Positions 46,797 through 56,093 of a DNA stretch of 64,000 bases are shown here, piece by piece. The notes under the pieces are model-generated. The model did no database searches. It had not been told where the DNA came from and worked only from the letters and a program-made list of their open reading frames with translations. This stretch comes from Candidatus Latescibacterota bacterium. GTDB lineage: Bacteria > Latescibacterota > UBA2968 > UBA8231. The position numbers were made by a program, and so were the translations under genes. The stretch spans positions 4,096,001 to 4,160,000 of the forward strand of contig OZ241867.1 in assembly GCA_965203175.1 (NCBI GenBank). Direction: 5' to 3'. Position 1 is the first letter of the stretch; each line of letters starts with the position of its first letter.

Positions 46797-48302
46797 ATGG
46801 CTGGACAGGATCGACAGGGTGGACGAGGTCGGCTGACTCGCAAGATTGGCGTCGTAGCTGCTGGCCGCGCGGCCAATACCGCTAGTCTCATAGCCATCTA
46901 TGCGCTGGTCGCCCGCGCTTGGACTGCGGAAGAATGCGGGCTCTTTATGGCGGTTTGGGTGGTGGGCAACGCGCTGATCCCGGTGTTTTTGCTCGGGCTG
47001 CCCACGAGTTTGCTCTACTTCTTTCCGCGGCGGAGCGAACCGCGCTTACTCGTCGGTCAAGTACTGCTGTGTTTGGCTGCGTCGGGTTTGATATTGGCTG
47101 GATGCCTGTGGTTGTGGGGGCCGCAGTTGGCCGGTGTGTTGGTGCAAGAAGGCGGCGATAGCGAGCAGGTTGCCGCGTACCTGCTGCCGTTTTTGCCCTA
47201 TCTCTTTGCGGTGATCGCCGCTGGTGGGGCTGAAACGGCCTTGGTGGCCGCCGACCGCGAGCACTACTTGGCTTGGCTGCAACTGGCTATGGGTGGCGCA
47301 TTAGTCACCGGTGCGGGGGGCGCTCTATGGCTGGGCTGGACGCCCGAGCAGGTGCTGGCGCTGTTTTCGGGGTTGGGCGTGTTGCGCTTGCTCGCCATCT
47401 GCGGACTGGTGCGCTTGGCGTTGGGGGGTGGGCGCTGGTGGGAATGGGAAGGATTGGGTGAGTTGATGCGCTATACGCGTCCAGTTGGCTTCAACGACGC
47501 AGTAGGTAGCCTCTCGCGCTACGTCGATCGCTTTGTGGTAATGCACTTATTCGCGGCTGGCGCGTTTGCCGAGTACAATTTTGGGGCTATTGAGGTGCCG
47601 ATCAGCCTGCTGCTGTCGGCGGTGACAGCCGTGTTGATCCCGGAAGTCAGCCGGTTCTTCCAAGAGGGCCAGCTCGATGAAATACTGGCGCTGTGGCAGC
47701 GCGCGGTCTCTCGTCTAGCCCTGTTGGTGTTGCCGCTGGCGGCCTTCTTGCTCGCTTTTGCTGGGTCGCTGATCGGTTGGCTCTTCCCGGAATACGACCG
47801 CTCGGCTTGGGTCTTCCGCATCTATCTATTGGTGTTGCCGCTGCGCTGTGCCGCGTACAGTCCGCTGCTGGTGGGCATGGGCAAGGCGCGCTGGGCGCTG
47901 TGGGGTAGCGTGGGGGATCTGTGTTGCAATATCGGCTTGAGCTTGGTGCTCGTTGCCTATTTGCAGGCAGCGCATCCCGAGTGGGCCTTCCTCGGCCCGG
48001 CCGTGGCTACCACACTGGTGACGTACTTACAAGTAGCCTTCTTATTGGTGGCTATTGGCTGGCACTTGCGCTGTGGCTGGTATCGGCTCATGCCTTGGGG
48101 CCGCTTGCTGAGGATCGGCGCAGGAGCCGGGGCGGCCGCTGTGGTCTGCCGTTGGGTTAGCGCGGACTTGGGCGGCGACCTTTTGCAGGTGGCTGTAGGA
48201 GGGATGTGCTTTGTGGTGCTGATTGGTGCCCTGACTTGGGCCTACCCACAAGACCGGGCGGAACTGACCCACACTTGGCGGGCGTTGACGCGGATGCGTT
48301 AA
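46797..48302 (+). CDS. Wzx-like oligosaccharide flippase (MOP superfamily)
   Basis: Many TM segments; 'LGLPTSLLYFFP', 'VDRFVV...FAEY..GAIEVP', 'WQRAVSRLALLVLP'. Confidence 0.8.
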   Translation: MAGQDRQGGRGRLTRKIGVVAAGRAANTASLIAIYALVARAWTAEECGLFMAVWVVGNALIPVFLLGLPTSLLYFFPRRSEPRLLVGQVLLCLAASGLILAGCLWLWGPQLAGVLVQEGGDSEQVAAYLLPFLPYLFAVIAAGGAETALVAADREHYLAWLQLAMGGALVTGAGGALWLGWTPEQVLALFSGLGVLRLLAICGLVRLALGGGRWWEWEGLGELMRYTRPVGFNDAVGSLSRYVDRFVVMHLFAAGAFAEYNFGAIEVPISLLLSAVTAVLIPEVSRFFQEGQLDEILALWQRAVSRLALLVLPLAAFLLAFAGSLIGWLFPEYDRSAWVFRIYLLVLPLRCAAYSPLLVGMGKARWALWGSVGDLCCNIGLSLVLVAYLQAAHPEWAFLGPAVATTLVTYLQVAFLLVAIGWHLRCGWYRLMPWGRLLRIGAGAGAAAVVCRWVSADLGGDLLQVAVGGMCFVVLIGALTWAYPQDRAELTHTWRALTRMR

Positions 48303-48586
48303 TCGCTGAGCAGGGCGCTGGCGATCTCCTCCCATTCTTCGGCCAGCGACGCCTCGCTGTGCGGCTTGTGCGCCCGCCGGTACCAATATCCAGCATTGCT
48401 TTCGTCGCCTTCGACCCGGTGCAAATAAGCGTGGACCCAAGCTCCGACGGGGTCGGGTACTTGCTGGGCTAGCTCGTGGGCTTTGTCCCATTCGCCCTTG
48501 GCATCGTACCAGAGGGCTTGCAGGGCTTGGGAGGTCTCCGGTGGGGTCTGTTCTTGCAGGCTCAATTTGAAGGCTTTGAGGTCCAT
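48299..48586 (-). CDS. Conserved hypothetical protein
   Basis: 'ALWYDAKGEWDKAHELAQ...AWVHAYLHRVEGDESNAGYWYRRA' resembles a widespread small helical family of unknown function. Confidence 0.75.
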   Translation of the reverse strand: MDLKAFKLSLQEQTPPETSQALQALWYDAKGEWDKAHELAQQVPDPVGAWVHAYLHRVEGDESNAGYWYRRAHKPHSEASLAEEWEEIASALLSD

Positions 48587-48734
48587 AACGGTAGGCTCCA
48601 ATCGTCGTGTGTCCCCTTAATATAGGGTGTCTCGGTGCGGCTATCCACCGAGGCGCGCACCTTGCCAAAAAAGCGCGTCGCCCTCTATATTTAAAACTTT
48701 TAACTTGATGCGAAACAAGGAATTGGGCAAAGAC

Positions 48735-50027
48735 ATGCCAGTAGGAGTGGGATTGATCGGTTTGGGCACGGTCGGCAGTGGCGTGGTCGAACTGTTGCAG
48801 GATGCACCCGCGTCGCTACGGCGGCGCAAGCACGTGGATTTCGCATTGCAGCGCGTGGCGGTGCGCGACTTGGACAAGCCGCGCAGCCCCGCCCTAGCAC
48901 CGGAGCTGTTGACCGCGGATGCCGACGCGGTGGTAGCCGACCCGGATGTGCAACTAGTGGTGGAACTAACCGGTGCCCCCCCGGCCTTTGAGTGGGTGAG
49001 CGAGGCCCTGCGACAGGGCAAGGATGTGGTGACGGCCAACAAAGCCCTGCTCGCCGAGCGGGGCGAGGAACTTTTTGAATTGGCGCTGGCCAATGGGGCG
49101 GATTTGATGTTTGAAGCCAGCGTCGCGGCCGGCATCCCGATCATTCGCTCGTTGCGCAACGGCTTGGTCGCCAATCGGGTCGAGTCCCTGTACGGCATTC
49201 TCAACGGCACGACCAACTACATGCTCACGCGCATGAGCCGCGGTGCGGGTGACTACGACGACGTCCTCAAAGAGGCTCAAGACCAAGGCTACGCCGAGCC
49301 GGACCCGACTATGGACGTGAGCGGCATGGATGCCGCGCAGAAGTTGGCCATTCTCTGCCGCATTGCCTTTCACTGCACGGGCACGGGCCGCGACGTATTT
49401 TGCGAAGGCATCGAGGAGATCGAGAGCCGGGACATTGAATACGCTCGCGAGTTGGGGTATGGGATCAAATTGTTGGCTATTGCCAAGCAGCAGGACGGGC
49501 GCGTCGAGGCCCGGGTGCATCCGGCTATGGTACCGGAGGACGCGCTGTTGGCCAACATCCACGACGAATTCAACGCCATTCAGGTGCAGGGGTCTGCGGT
49601 GGGGCCGCAAGTGTTTTCCGGTCGCGGGGCCGGGCGGCTGCCCACGGCCAGCGCGGTGGTGGCGGATATGGTCGAGTTGGTCGAGCGCAAGGCGGCCGGT
49701 GCCAGCACGTCCATCGGCGATATGATCTTGGGCGAAGATGCTGTCTCGGTCGTACCAATTGAGGACGTGCAGATGCGCTACTTTATCCGCGTCTTAGTCC
49801 GCGACCAGCCCGGGGTGCTCGCGGGTATTGCGCGCATTTTGGCCGAGGAGCGCATCAGCATTGCCTCGGTCATCCAAAAGGAGCGCGACTTCGAGGGTGG
49901 CTCAGTGCCGTTGGTCATTGTCACCCACGAGGCGCGCGAAGCCGCGATGCAGCGGGCGCAGCAGGCCGTGGCCACTCTCGACGCCGTGCAGGGTGCGGTC
50001 AAGCTCATTCGCATGGAGGATCTCTAG
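48735..50027 (+). CDS. hom: Homoserine dehydrogenase with C-terminal ACT domain
   Basis: 'GLIGLGTVGSG', 'VVTANKA', 'FEASVAAGIP', 'GILNGTTNY', 'GYAEPDPT.DV.G.DAAQK', 'DQPGVLAGI'. Confidence 0.95.
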   Translation: MPVGVGLIGLGTVGSGVVELLQDAPASLRRRKHVDFALQRVAVRDLDKPRSPALAPELLTADADAVVADPDVQLVVELTGAPPAFEWVSEALRQGKDVVTANKALLAERGEELFELALANGADLMFEASVAAGIPIIRSLRNGLVANRVESLYGILNGTTNYMLTRMSRGAGDYDDVLKEAQDQGYAEPDPTMDVSGMDAAQKLAILCRIAFHCTGTGRDVFCEGIEEIESRDIEYARELGYGIKLLAIAKQQDGRVEARVHPAMVPEDALLANIHDEFNAIQVQGSAVGPQVFSGRGAGRLPTASAVVADMVELVERKAAGASTSIGDMILGEDAVSVVPIEDVQMRYFIRVLVRDQPGVLAGIARILAEERISIASVIQKERDFEGGSVPLVIVTHEAREAAMQRAQQAVATLDAVQGAVKLIRMEDL

Positions 50028-50028
50028 C

Positions 50029-51219
50029 GTGCGCTACGTCGTGTTGGTGCCCGATGGAGCGGCCGACTATCCGCTCGATGAATTGGACGGGCAGACGCCG
50101 TTGGAGGCAGCCGTCACGCCCTGCATGGATCGCTTGGCCCGCGAGGGAGCCGGGGGATTGGTGCAGATGATCCCGGCGCAACGGCATCCAGGCAGCGACA
50201 TCGGCAATCTCGAAATTTTCGGCTACGACAGCCGGGTGCACTACACGGGCCGCGCGCCGTTGGAAGCAGCGAGCATGGGCGTTGATTTGGGCGATGAGGG
50301 GGTGGCCTTCCGCCTGAACCTGATCTACGGAGAGGGCGACGTACTGGTCGATTACAGCGCCGGCCACATTGACAGCGAAGAAGCAGCCGAATTGGTGGAG
50401 GCTTTGGCGGATGAGTTGGGGGGACCGTCTTTGCGCTTCTATCCCGGGGTGGGCTATCGCCACTTGTTGGTGTGGGAGCGCGGCCCGGAAGGAGTGGAGA
50501 CCTATCCGCCGCACGACATCATGGGTGAGTCCATGGCCGCGCATGAGCCTACGGGCGCAGGAGCTGAGAAAATTCGCGCCCTCATGGACGCGGCTGCCCC
50601 GATTCTCGCAGCCGCGCCGGTCAATGCAGCCCGCTCGGCTCGCGGGGAGCGGCCGGCCAATGCGATATGGCTCTGGGGGTCTGGACGCGCGCTGCGGTTG
50701 ACGCCCTTGTCGGAGCGCTACGGATTGCAGGGCGGCGTCATCTCGGCCGTTGACTTGGTGCGCGGCATCGGCAAGAGCGCGGGCTTAGAGGTCATTGAGG
50801 TGCCCGGTATTACCGGGTATCTGGACACCAACTACGAGGGCAAGGCCGAATATGCGCTGGCGGCCTTGCAGCGCGCTGATTTTGTCTATGTCCACGTCGA
50901 GGCCCCAGACGAAGCAGGGCACAATGGTGATCCAAAGGCCAAGGTGCAGGCCATCGAGGATTTCGATGCCCGCGTCGTCGGCCCGATCTTGGCGGGGCTA
51001 GAGTCGATGGGGTCGCATCGGGTGCTGCTCACCCCCGACCACCGCACGCCCATTGTGCGGCGCACCCACAGCCGCGAGCCAGTGCCCTTTGTGCTGTGGG
51101 GGACGGGGATTGAGGCCGACTCGATGCAAGCTTATGGAGAACGGGCAGCCGAGTGGGGTAGTATGCAGGTAGAACACGGACATGTATTGATGGATTATCT
51201 CACGGAGAAATGCAGGTGA
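50029..51219 (+). CDS. apgM: ApgM-like cofactor-independent phosphoglycerate mutase family protein (proposed alternative homoserine kinase)
   Basis: 'VPDGAADYP...TPLEAA', 'PGSDIGN', 'GRAPLEA', 'AFRLN', 'HVEAPDEAGH', 'PDHRTP...HS'; GTG start immediately after the hom stop. Confidence 0.85.
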   Translation: MRYVVLVPDGAADYPLDELDGQTPLEAAVTPCMDRLAREGAGGLVQMIPAQRHPGSDIGNLEIFGYDSRVHYTGRAPLEAASMGVDLGDEGVAFRLNLIYGEGDVLVDYSAGHIDSEEAAELVEALADELGGPSLRFYPGVGYRHLLVWERGPEGVETYPPHDIMGESMAAHEPTGAGAEKIRALMDAAAPILAAAPVNAARSARGERPANAIWLWGSGRALRLTPLSERYGLQGGVISAVDLVRGIGKSAGLEVIEVPGITGYLDTNYEGKAEYALAALQRADFVYVHVEAPDEAGHNGDPKAKVQAIEDFDARVVGPILAGLESMGSHRVLLTPDHRTPIVRRTHSREPVPFVLWGTGIEADSMQAYGERAAEWGSMQVEHGHVLMDYLTEKCR

Positions 51220-52238
51220 CCGATACGTACAACGTAGCTATTATGGGCGCGACTGGCGCCGTAGGGCAGGTGCTGTTAGAAATACTAGCCGAGCGCGACT
51301 TTCCCGTCGGCGAGTTGCGGCTGTTGGCCTCGGCCCGCTCGGCTGGGCGCGCCATTTCCTTTAACGGCAGCTCGATTCAGGTGCAGGAGCTCGGCGAGGA
51401 TTCCTTCGCCGGCGTGGATATTGTCTTGGCCTCGGCCGGGGGCAGTTTGAGCAAGCAGTTTAATCCACACGCAGTGGCCGCGGGCGCGGTGGTGGTCGAT
51501 AATACATCGGCCTATCGCATGGACCCGGACGTGCCGCTGGTGGTGCCCGAGATCAATCCCGAGGACTTGGCGGCGCATCGCGGCATCATCGCCAATCCGA
51601 ATTGTTCGACGATCATCATGGACGTGGTGGTCTGGCCGCTCTATCAGCGACGGCCAGTCAAGCGCATTGTGGTCTCGACGTATCAGGCCGTCAGCGGTGC
51701 GGGGGCGCGGGCCATGGAGGAGTTGGAGGCACAGACGCGGCAAGTGCTCGCTGGGCAGGAGGCCGAGCCGGCTGAATTCCCGCATCCGATCGCCTTTAAC
51801 TTATTCTCGCACGATTCGGCTGTCGGGCCGGAAGGGTATTGCGAAGAAGAGCTGAAAATGGTGCGCGAAACTCGCAAGATGTTCCACGACGACGCGCTGC
51901 AAATTTCGGCCACGACCATTCGCGTACCCGTGTTGCGGGCGCATTCCGAGGCGATCAACGTGGAGTTTGCCGAACCCTTTTCGGCCGCCGAGGCCGAGGC
52001 CATCTTGGCGCAGGCTGAGGGCGTGCGGATCGTGAATGATCCCGAACAGAATTATTTCCCCATGCCGATTGAGGCCTCCGGCTGCGACGAGGTATTGGTC
52101 GGGCGCATTCGCCAGGATATTTCGCGGCCCGAGGGGACTGGGTTGGACTTGTGGGTCAGCGGCGATCAGTTGCGCAAGGGCGCGGCCCTAAACGCCGTGC
52201 AAATCGCCGAGGAGCTCATCGCGCGCAAATTGCTATAA
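51210..52238 (+). CDS. asd: Aspartate-semialdehyde dehydrogenase
   Basis: 'GATGAVG', 'ANPNCST', 'STYQAVSGAG', 'RVPVLRAHSE', 'DQLRKGAALNAVQIAE'. Confidence 0.96.
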   Translation: MQVTDTYNVAIMGATGAVGQVLLEILAERDFPVGELRLLASARSAGRAISFNGSSIQVQELGEDSFAGVDIVLASAGGSLSKQFNPHAVAAGAVVVDNTSAYRMDPDVPLVVPEINPEDLAAHRGIIANPNCSTIIMDVVVWPLYQRRPVKRIVVSTYQAVSGAGARAMEELEAQTRQVLAGQEAEPAEFPHPIAFNLFSHDSAVGPEGYCEEELKMVRETRKMFHDDALQISATTIRVPVLRAHSEAINVEFAEPFSAAEAEAILAQAEGVRIVNDPEQNYFPMPIEASGCDEVLVGRIRQDISRPEGTGLDLWVSGDQLRKGAALNAVQIAEELIARKLL

Positions 52239-52252
52239 CGAGGGAAACCGCC

Positions 52253-53062
52253 ATGGATGTCTTGAGTAGGGAAGAACTGGATTTCTTTGCCGAAGAGGGG
52301 TACGTGGTTGCGCGTCAGGTAATCGACCGCGACCAGGCCGAGCGCACTGGGCGGGCAGTGTGGGCGTTTACGGGCATGGACCCAGACGATCCCGAGACTT
52401 GGTACCCAGAGGATCGGCGCGGCATCATGGTCGAGATTTACCACCACCAGACCATGTGGGACAACCGCACGGCCCCTCGGGTACACCGGGCCTTTAGCCA
52501 GATTTGGGGCACGGACAAGCTATGGGTCAGCCACGACCGAGCCAGCATCAATCCGCCGACCCTAGACAAAGATGCGCCCGAGCACAATCTGCACTGGGAC
52601 GCGTCCTTCGATAAGCGTCCTTTGTCCTTTGGCGTGCAGGGCGTGCTCTATCTGAGCGACACGCCAGCAGAACAGGGGGCCTTTATCTGCGTGCCGGGAT
52701 TCCACCAGCGCCTAGAGGCGTGGCTCGATGAACTGCCGGAGGAAGCCAACCCCCGCGAGCAAGACCTTTTGGCCTTGGGAGCGCAGCGCATCGGTGCTGA
52801 AGCGGGCGATTTGGTTATCTGGCGCACGGCGCTGCCGCATACGGCGAGCGTCAATCGCGGCGATGCACCTCGCGTGGCGCAGTACATCACCATGAGTCCA
52901 GCCGGCGAGAGCGAAGAAGCGCGGCGGTTGCGCACGGACTTTTGGCAGCGGCGGCTGTCCGGGCTGGGGCGCTACGCTGAGGAACGCGAGCATCACGAAG
53001 AGAAGACGGCTGAGTTGACAAGTGTGGGGCGGAAGCTGGCTGGGGTGGATCCTTGGGATTGA
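52253..53062 (+). CDS. PhyH-family Fe(II)/2-oxoglutarate dioxygenase
   Basis: 'FFAEEGYVV', HxD motif 'LHWD', 'QGVLYLSDT', 'AGDLVIW...LPH', 'RVAQY'. Confidence 0.88.
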   Translation: MDVLSREELDFFAEEGYVVARQVIDRDQAERTGRAVWAFTGMDPDDPETWYPEDRRGIMVEIYHHQTMWDNRTAPRVHRAFSQIWGTDKLWVSHDRASINPPTLDKDAPEHNLHWDASFDKRPLSFGVQGVLYLSDTPAEQGAFICVPGFHQRLEAWLDELPEEANPREQDLLALGAQRIGAEAGDLVIWRTALPHTASVNRGDAPRVAQYITMSPAGESEEARRLRTDFWQRRLSGLGRYAEEREHHEEKTAELTSVGRKLAGVDPWD

Positions 53063-53153
53063 GGGGACGAGAGATGTCTCCTGATCCGCAAAGACCTTGC
53101 GACTTTATTAATTTCTACCTTTAAGAAATTCCGACGTTAGCTCTTTTCGGTCT

Positions 53154-54284
53154 CTATACGCAGGTGTGCTCAATGAAGCGGGCGTAGAGATCGACGCCTG
53201 CGTGCAGTTGGTCGGTTTTGATCCATTCGTTGGCGGTGTGGGCTTGCGCAATGTCGCCCGGGCCGAGGACGATCATTTGTTTCATCTTCTTGAAAAAAGC
53301 CATGCCGTCGGTGCCGTAGGCCACGGTAGTGGGTTTGCGACGGCCCGTTAGCTTGAGCGCCGTGCGGACTAGTGGAGCGTCCACCGCGGTGTAGAGCGGC
53401 TCGCCGCGATGTTTGAGTTCGAAGTTGAGGCCGTGTTTTTTCGCACTTTTGCGGGTTCTGTCGATAATATCATCGACGTCGGTGCCGGGCATGGGGCGAT
53501 AGTTGAGGGTACAGATGCTCTGGGCGGGGGAGATGTTGGTGGCGCGGTTGTGGTCGTTGATGCCGATGCACCACTCGGAATGCGGCGGCGCGAATTCCTC
53601 GTTGCGGTAGCGACGCGCGCTGAGCACTCGCTCGTTGAATTTCTTCATTTCCGCGAGAAAGGGAATCATCTTGAGGTTGGCGTTGGTGCCCTTCAAGGTG
53701 CTAGTGTGCGCGGGCCGTCCTTTGGCCGTGACTTGCATGGCGAGCGATCCTTTGTGGGCGTGGACGACGCGGAGGCTGGTGGGTTCGCAGATAATGCCAC
53801 AGCCCGTGCTGGCTTCGGCAAAGAATTTGGAGTGAGCCGTGACCTTTTGCGCGCCGACGCAGAGGACCTCTTCGTCGGCCGTGACGACGATGTAGAGCGG
53901 GGCTTTGAGATCGGCGGCCTTGAAGCGGGCGGCCGCGCAAATCGAAGCGGCAAGGGGGCCTTTCATGTCGCAGGAGCCGCGGCCGTAGAGCTTGCCGTTG
54001 TCCTCGTAGGATTCGTAGGGGTCGCGAAGCCAACCGTCGGCGGGATTGGCTGGAACGACGTCGTCGTGGCTCATCAGGGCTAGCCCGCCCTCTCCAGTGC
54101 CCAACTTGCCGACGATGGAGAGCTTATCCACGCCCGCCTCATCGGTGTAGGGCACCTCTTCTATGTGAAAACCGAGTTGGTCTAAGACCCTGGCTACGTG
54201 TTGGGTGACTTCGACGTTGCTGGTTTGGCTTTCCGAGGGATAGGCGACTAATGCCTTGGTCAGTTTGACGACATTGAGTTTCAT
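53154..54284 (-). CDS. argE: M20 family acetylornithine deacetylase-like enzyme
   Basis: 'MSHDDVVP', 'YGRGSCDMKG', 'ADEE', 'CEPT', 'HKG', 'YGTDG', 'GPGDIAQAHTANE'. Confidence 0.75.
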   Translation of the reverse strand: MKLNVVKLTKALVAYPSESQTSNVEVTQHVARVLDQLGFHIEEVPYTDEAGVDKLSIVGKLGTGEGGLALMSHDDVVPANPADGWLRDPYESYEDNGKLYGRGSCDMKGPLAASICAAARFKAADLKAPLYIVVTADEEVLCVGAQKVTAHSKFFAEASTGCGIICEPTSLRVVHAHKGSLAMQVTAKGRPAHTSTLKGTNANLKMIPFLAEMKKFNERVLSARRYRNEEFAPPHSEWCIGINDHNRATNISPAQSICTLNYRPMPGTDVDDIIDRTRKSAKKHGLNFELKHRGEPLYTAVDAPLVRTALKLTGRRKPTTVAYGTDGMAFFKKMKQMIVLGPGDIAQAHTANEWIKTDQLHAGVDLYARFIEHTCV

Positions 54285-54405
54285 CGCAGATTCGCTTTCG
54301 CAGAGAGGGTGATTGGCACAAAGTACAAACTTAGTAGAGGGCCATCAAGGGCGTTGACAGCACGGCCAAAAGGCGGTATGAATAGGCGAGCGAGAAGCAA
54401 TAAAG

Positions 54406-54436
54406 CGGCCCGCTTCCAACGAGCGAAAGCGGGCCG
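54406..54436 (-). terminator. Rho-independent terminator after the DUF5069 gene
   Basis: cggcccgctt ... aagcgggccg stem, followed on the minus strand by ctttattgctt. Confidence 0.7.
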
Positions 54437-54459
54437 ACAGACGAGTGGGACACGTCCTG

Positions 54460-54894
54460 TTAGCTCAGGGCGTTGTGCAGTTCAGTCCAGTCGTCGAGGT
54501 TGTTGAGATTGACGGCGTCGAGAATGCTGCCGTCGTCGCTGAGGCCAGCGGCACCGAGGATGTCGGTGCGGGTCTCGTCGTCGTGGTTGTAGCCGCGGAT
54601 GGCGGCGTTGGAAGCGTCGATTTCGCTCTGCGGAATGGAGCCGCCGCGCTGGGCCTGGACCCAGTTTTCAAATTCGATGTAGCTGGCCTTGTTGTCCTTG
54701 ACGTAGGCCACGGCCGCGTCGCGATCGATGCTGAGGCCGTCGAGGACCATCTGATCGAAGCCTGCGCCGCATTCCGGGTAGTCTGCGGGCAGTTCGCCAG
54801 CCGCGCTTAGGCGCAGCTTGGACCACAAGCGGGGTAGGTGAATTGCGCCGAGCGGTCCGGCGATATCCGAACTAATGTTAGGTATAATGGCCAT
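54460..54894 (-). CDS. DUF5069-domain protein
   Basis: 'GPLGAIHLPRLWSK...LPADY...GFDQMVL'; AGGAGG RBS; has its own promoter and terminator. Confidence 0.75.
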   Translation of the reverse strand: MAIIPNISSDIAGPLGAIHLPRLWSKLRLSAAGELPADYPECGAGFDQMVLDGLSIDRDAAVAYVKDNKASYIEFENWVQAQRGGSIPQSEIDASNAAIRGYNHDDETRTDILGAAGLSDDGSILDAVNLNNLDDWTELHNALS

Positions 54895-54936
54895 GAGATT
54901 CCTCCTGTAGGGAATGGGTTGAAAAAACGGCCTACA

Positions 54937-54965
54937 ACAGTACGGTTGTTCGGGCCGATTGTCAA
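54937..54965 (-). promoter_or_regulatory. Sigma70-type promoter
   Basis: Minus strand reads TTGACA-17 nt-TACTGT. Confidence 0.55.
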
Positions 54966-54977
54966 ACGGTATAGAGC

Positions 54978-56081
54978 ATGGACAAAATACGCTTTGGTGT
55001 GATTGGTGCTGCTGGTCGCGGAAGCGGCTTTACTCCCACCCTGTTGACCCATCCAGCCACGGAAGTTACCGCGCTGTGTGACGTCCGCCGGGAAGAGGTT
55101 GAGCAACACGCGGCTGAATTGGGTGTCGAACAGGTCTTTACAGATACGGACGAAATGCTCGACTCTGGGAGGGTGGATGCGATCGTCGTGGGCACGCCCA
55201 TGCCGTGGCACGTGCCTCAGTCTATCGCGGCCTTGGAGCGCGACATCCACGTGCTAAGCGAGGTGACGGCCGGCGTGTCGGTCGAGGAGTGCCGCGATTT
55301 GACGCGCGCGGCGCGGCGCAGCCGAGCCGTGTATATGATGGCCGAGAATTACGTGTACACCAAGCCCAACACACTGGTAAAAGCGTTGGTCGAACGCGGC
55401 TTTTTCGGCGAGCTGTACTACGCCGAAGGGGCTTATATCCACGAACTGAAAGAGCGCAACGAGACCACGCCTTGGCGGCGGCGCTGGCAGACGGGCGTCA
55501 ATGGCTGCACCTATGGCACGCACAGCTTGGGGCCGGTGCTGACGTGGTTTGCCGGGCAGCGAGTGGTGGCCGTCTGCGCCGTGGGCACTGGGAATCACTA
55601 CCGCGACCCGCGCGGCGATTTGTACGAAATGGAGGACTCGGTGACCATGATGTGCCGGCTGTCGGGCGGTGGGCTGGCGCATATCCGGGTCGATATGCTC
55701 TCGGACCGGCCGCACCACATGGTGCACTATGCGTTGCAGGGGACCGATGGCGCGTACGAGTCGGCTGACGGCTTTGAGGCTGCGGCCAAAATCTGGCTGC
55801 GCAATCGCAGTGAGCAGCCGCGCTGGGAGCCTTTGGAAGCCTTAGAGGAATTTTTGCCCGATCATTGGCGGCATCCGCCCGCAGAAGCCCTCGCCGCTGG
55901 CCACGGCGGTGGCGACTATTGGGAGGTACAGGACTTTGTCGCGGCCATTCGCGGGGAGAAGGAGCCGGCCATTGGCATCGACTTGGCGATGGACATGACC
56001 TTGCCCGGCCTCGTCAGCCAACAGTCAATTGCCCAAGGGTCAGCTTGGGTGGCCGTGCCCGATTCGCGCAACTGGACCTGA
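54978..56081 (+). CDS. Gfo/Idh/MocA family oxidoreductase (GH109-like)
   Basis: 'FGVIGAAGRG', 'TPMPWH', 'LSEV', 'MMAENY', 'YGTHSLGP', 'GHGGGD'. Confidence 0.85.
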   Translation: MDKIRFGVIGAAGRGSGFTPTLLTHPATEVTALCDVRREEVEQHAAELGVEQVFTDTDEMLDSGRVDAIVVGTPMPWHVPQSIAALERDIHVLSEVTAGVSVEECRDLTRAARRSRAVYMMAENYVYTKPNTLVKALVERGFFGELYYAEGAYIHELKERNETTPWRRRWQTGVNGCTYGTHSLGPVLTWFAGQRVVAVCAVGTGNHYRDPRGDLYEMEDSVTMMCRLSGGGLAHIRVDMLSDRPHHMVHYALQGTDGAYESADGFEAAAKIWLRNRSEQPRWEPLEALEEFLPDHWRHPPAEALAAGHGGGDYWEVQDFVAAIRGEKEPAIGIDLAMDMTLPGLVSQQSIAQGSAWVAVPDSRNWT

Positions 56082-56093
56082 AGGAGCGAGACT

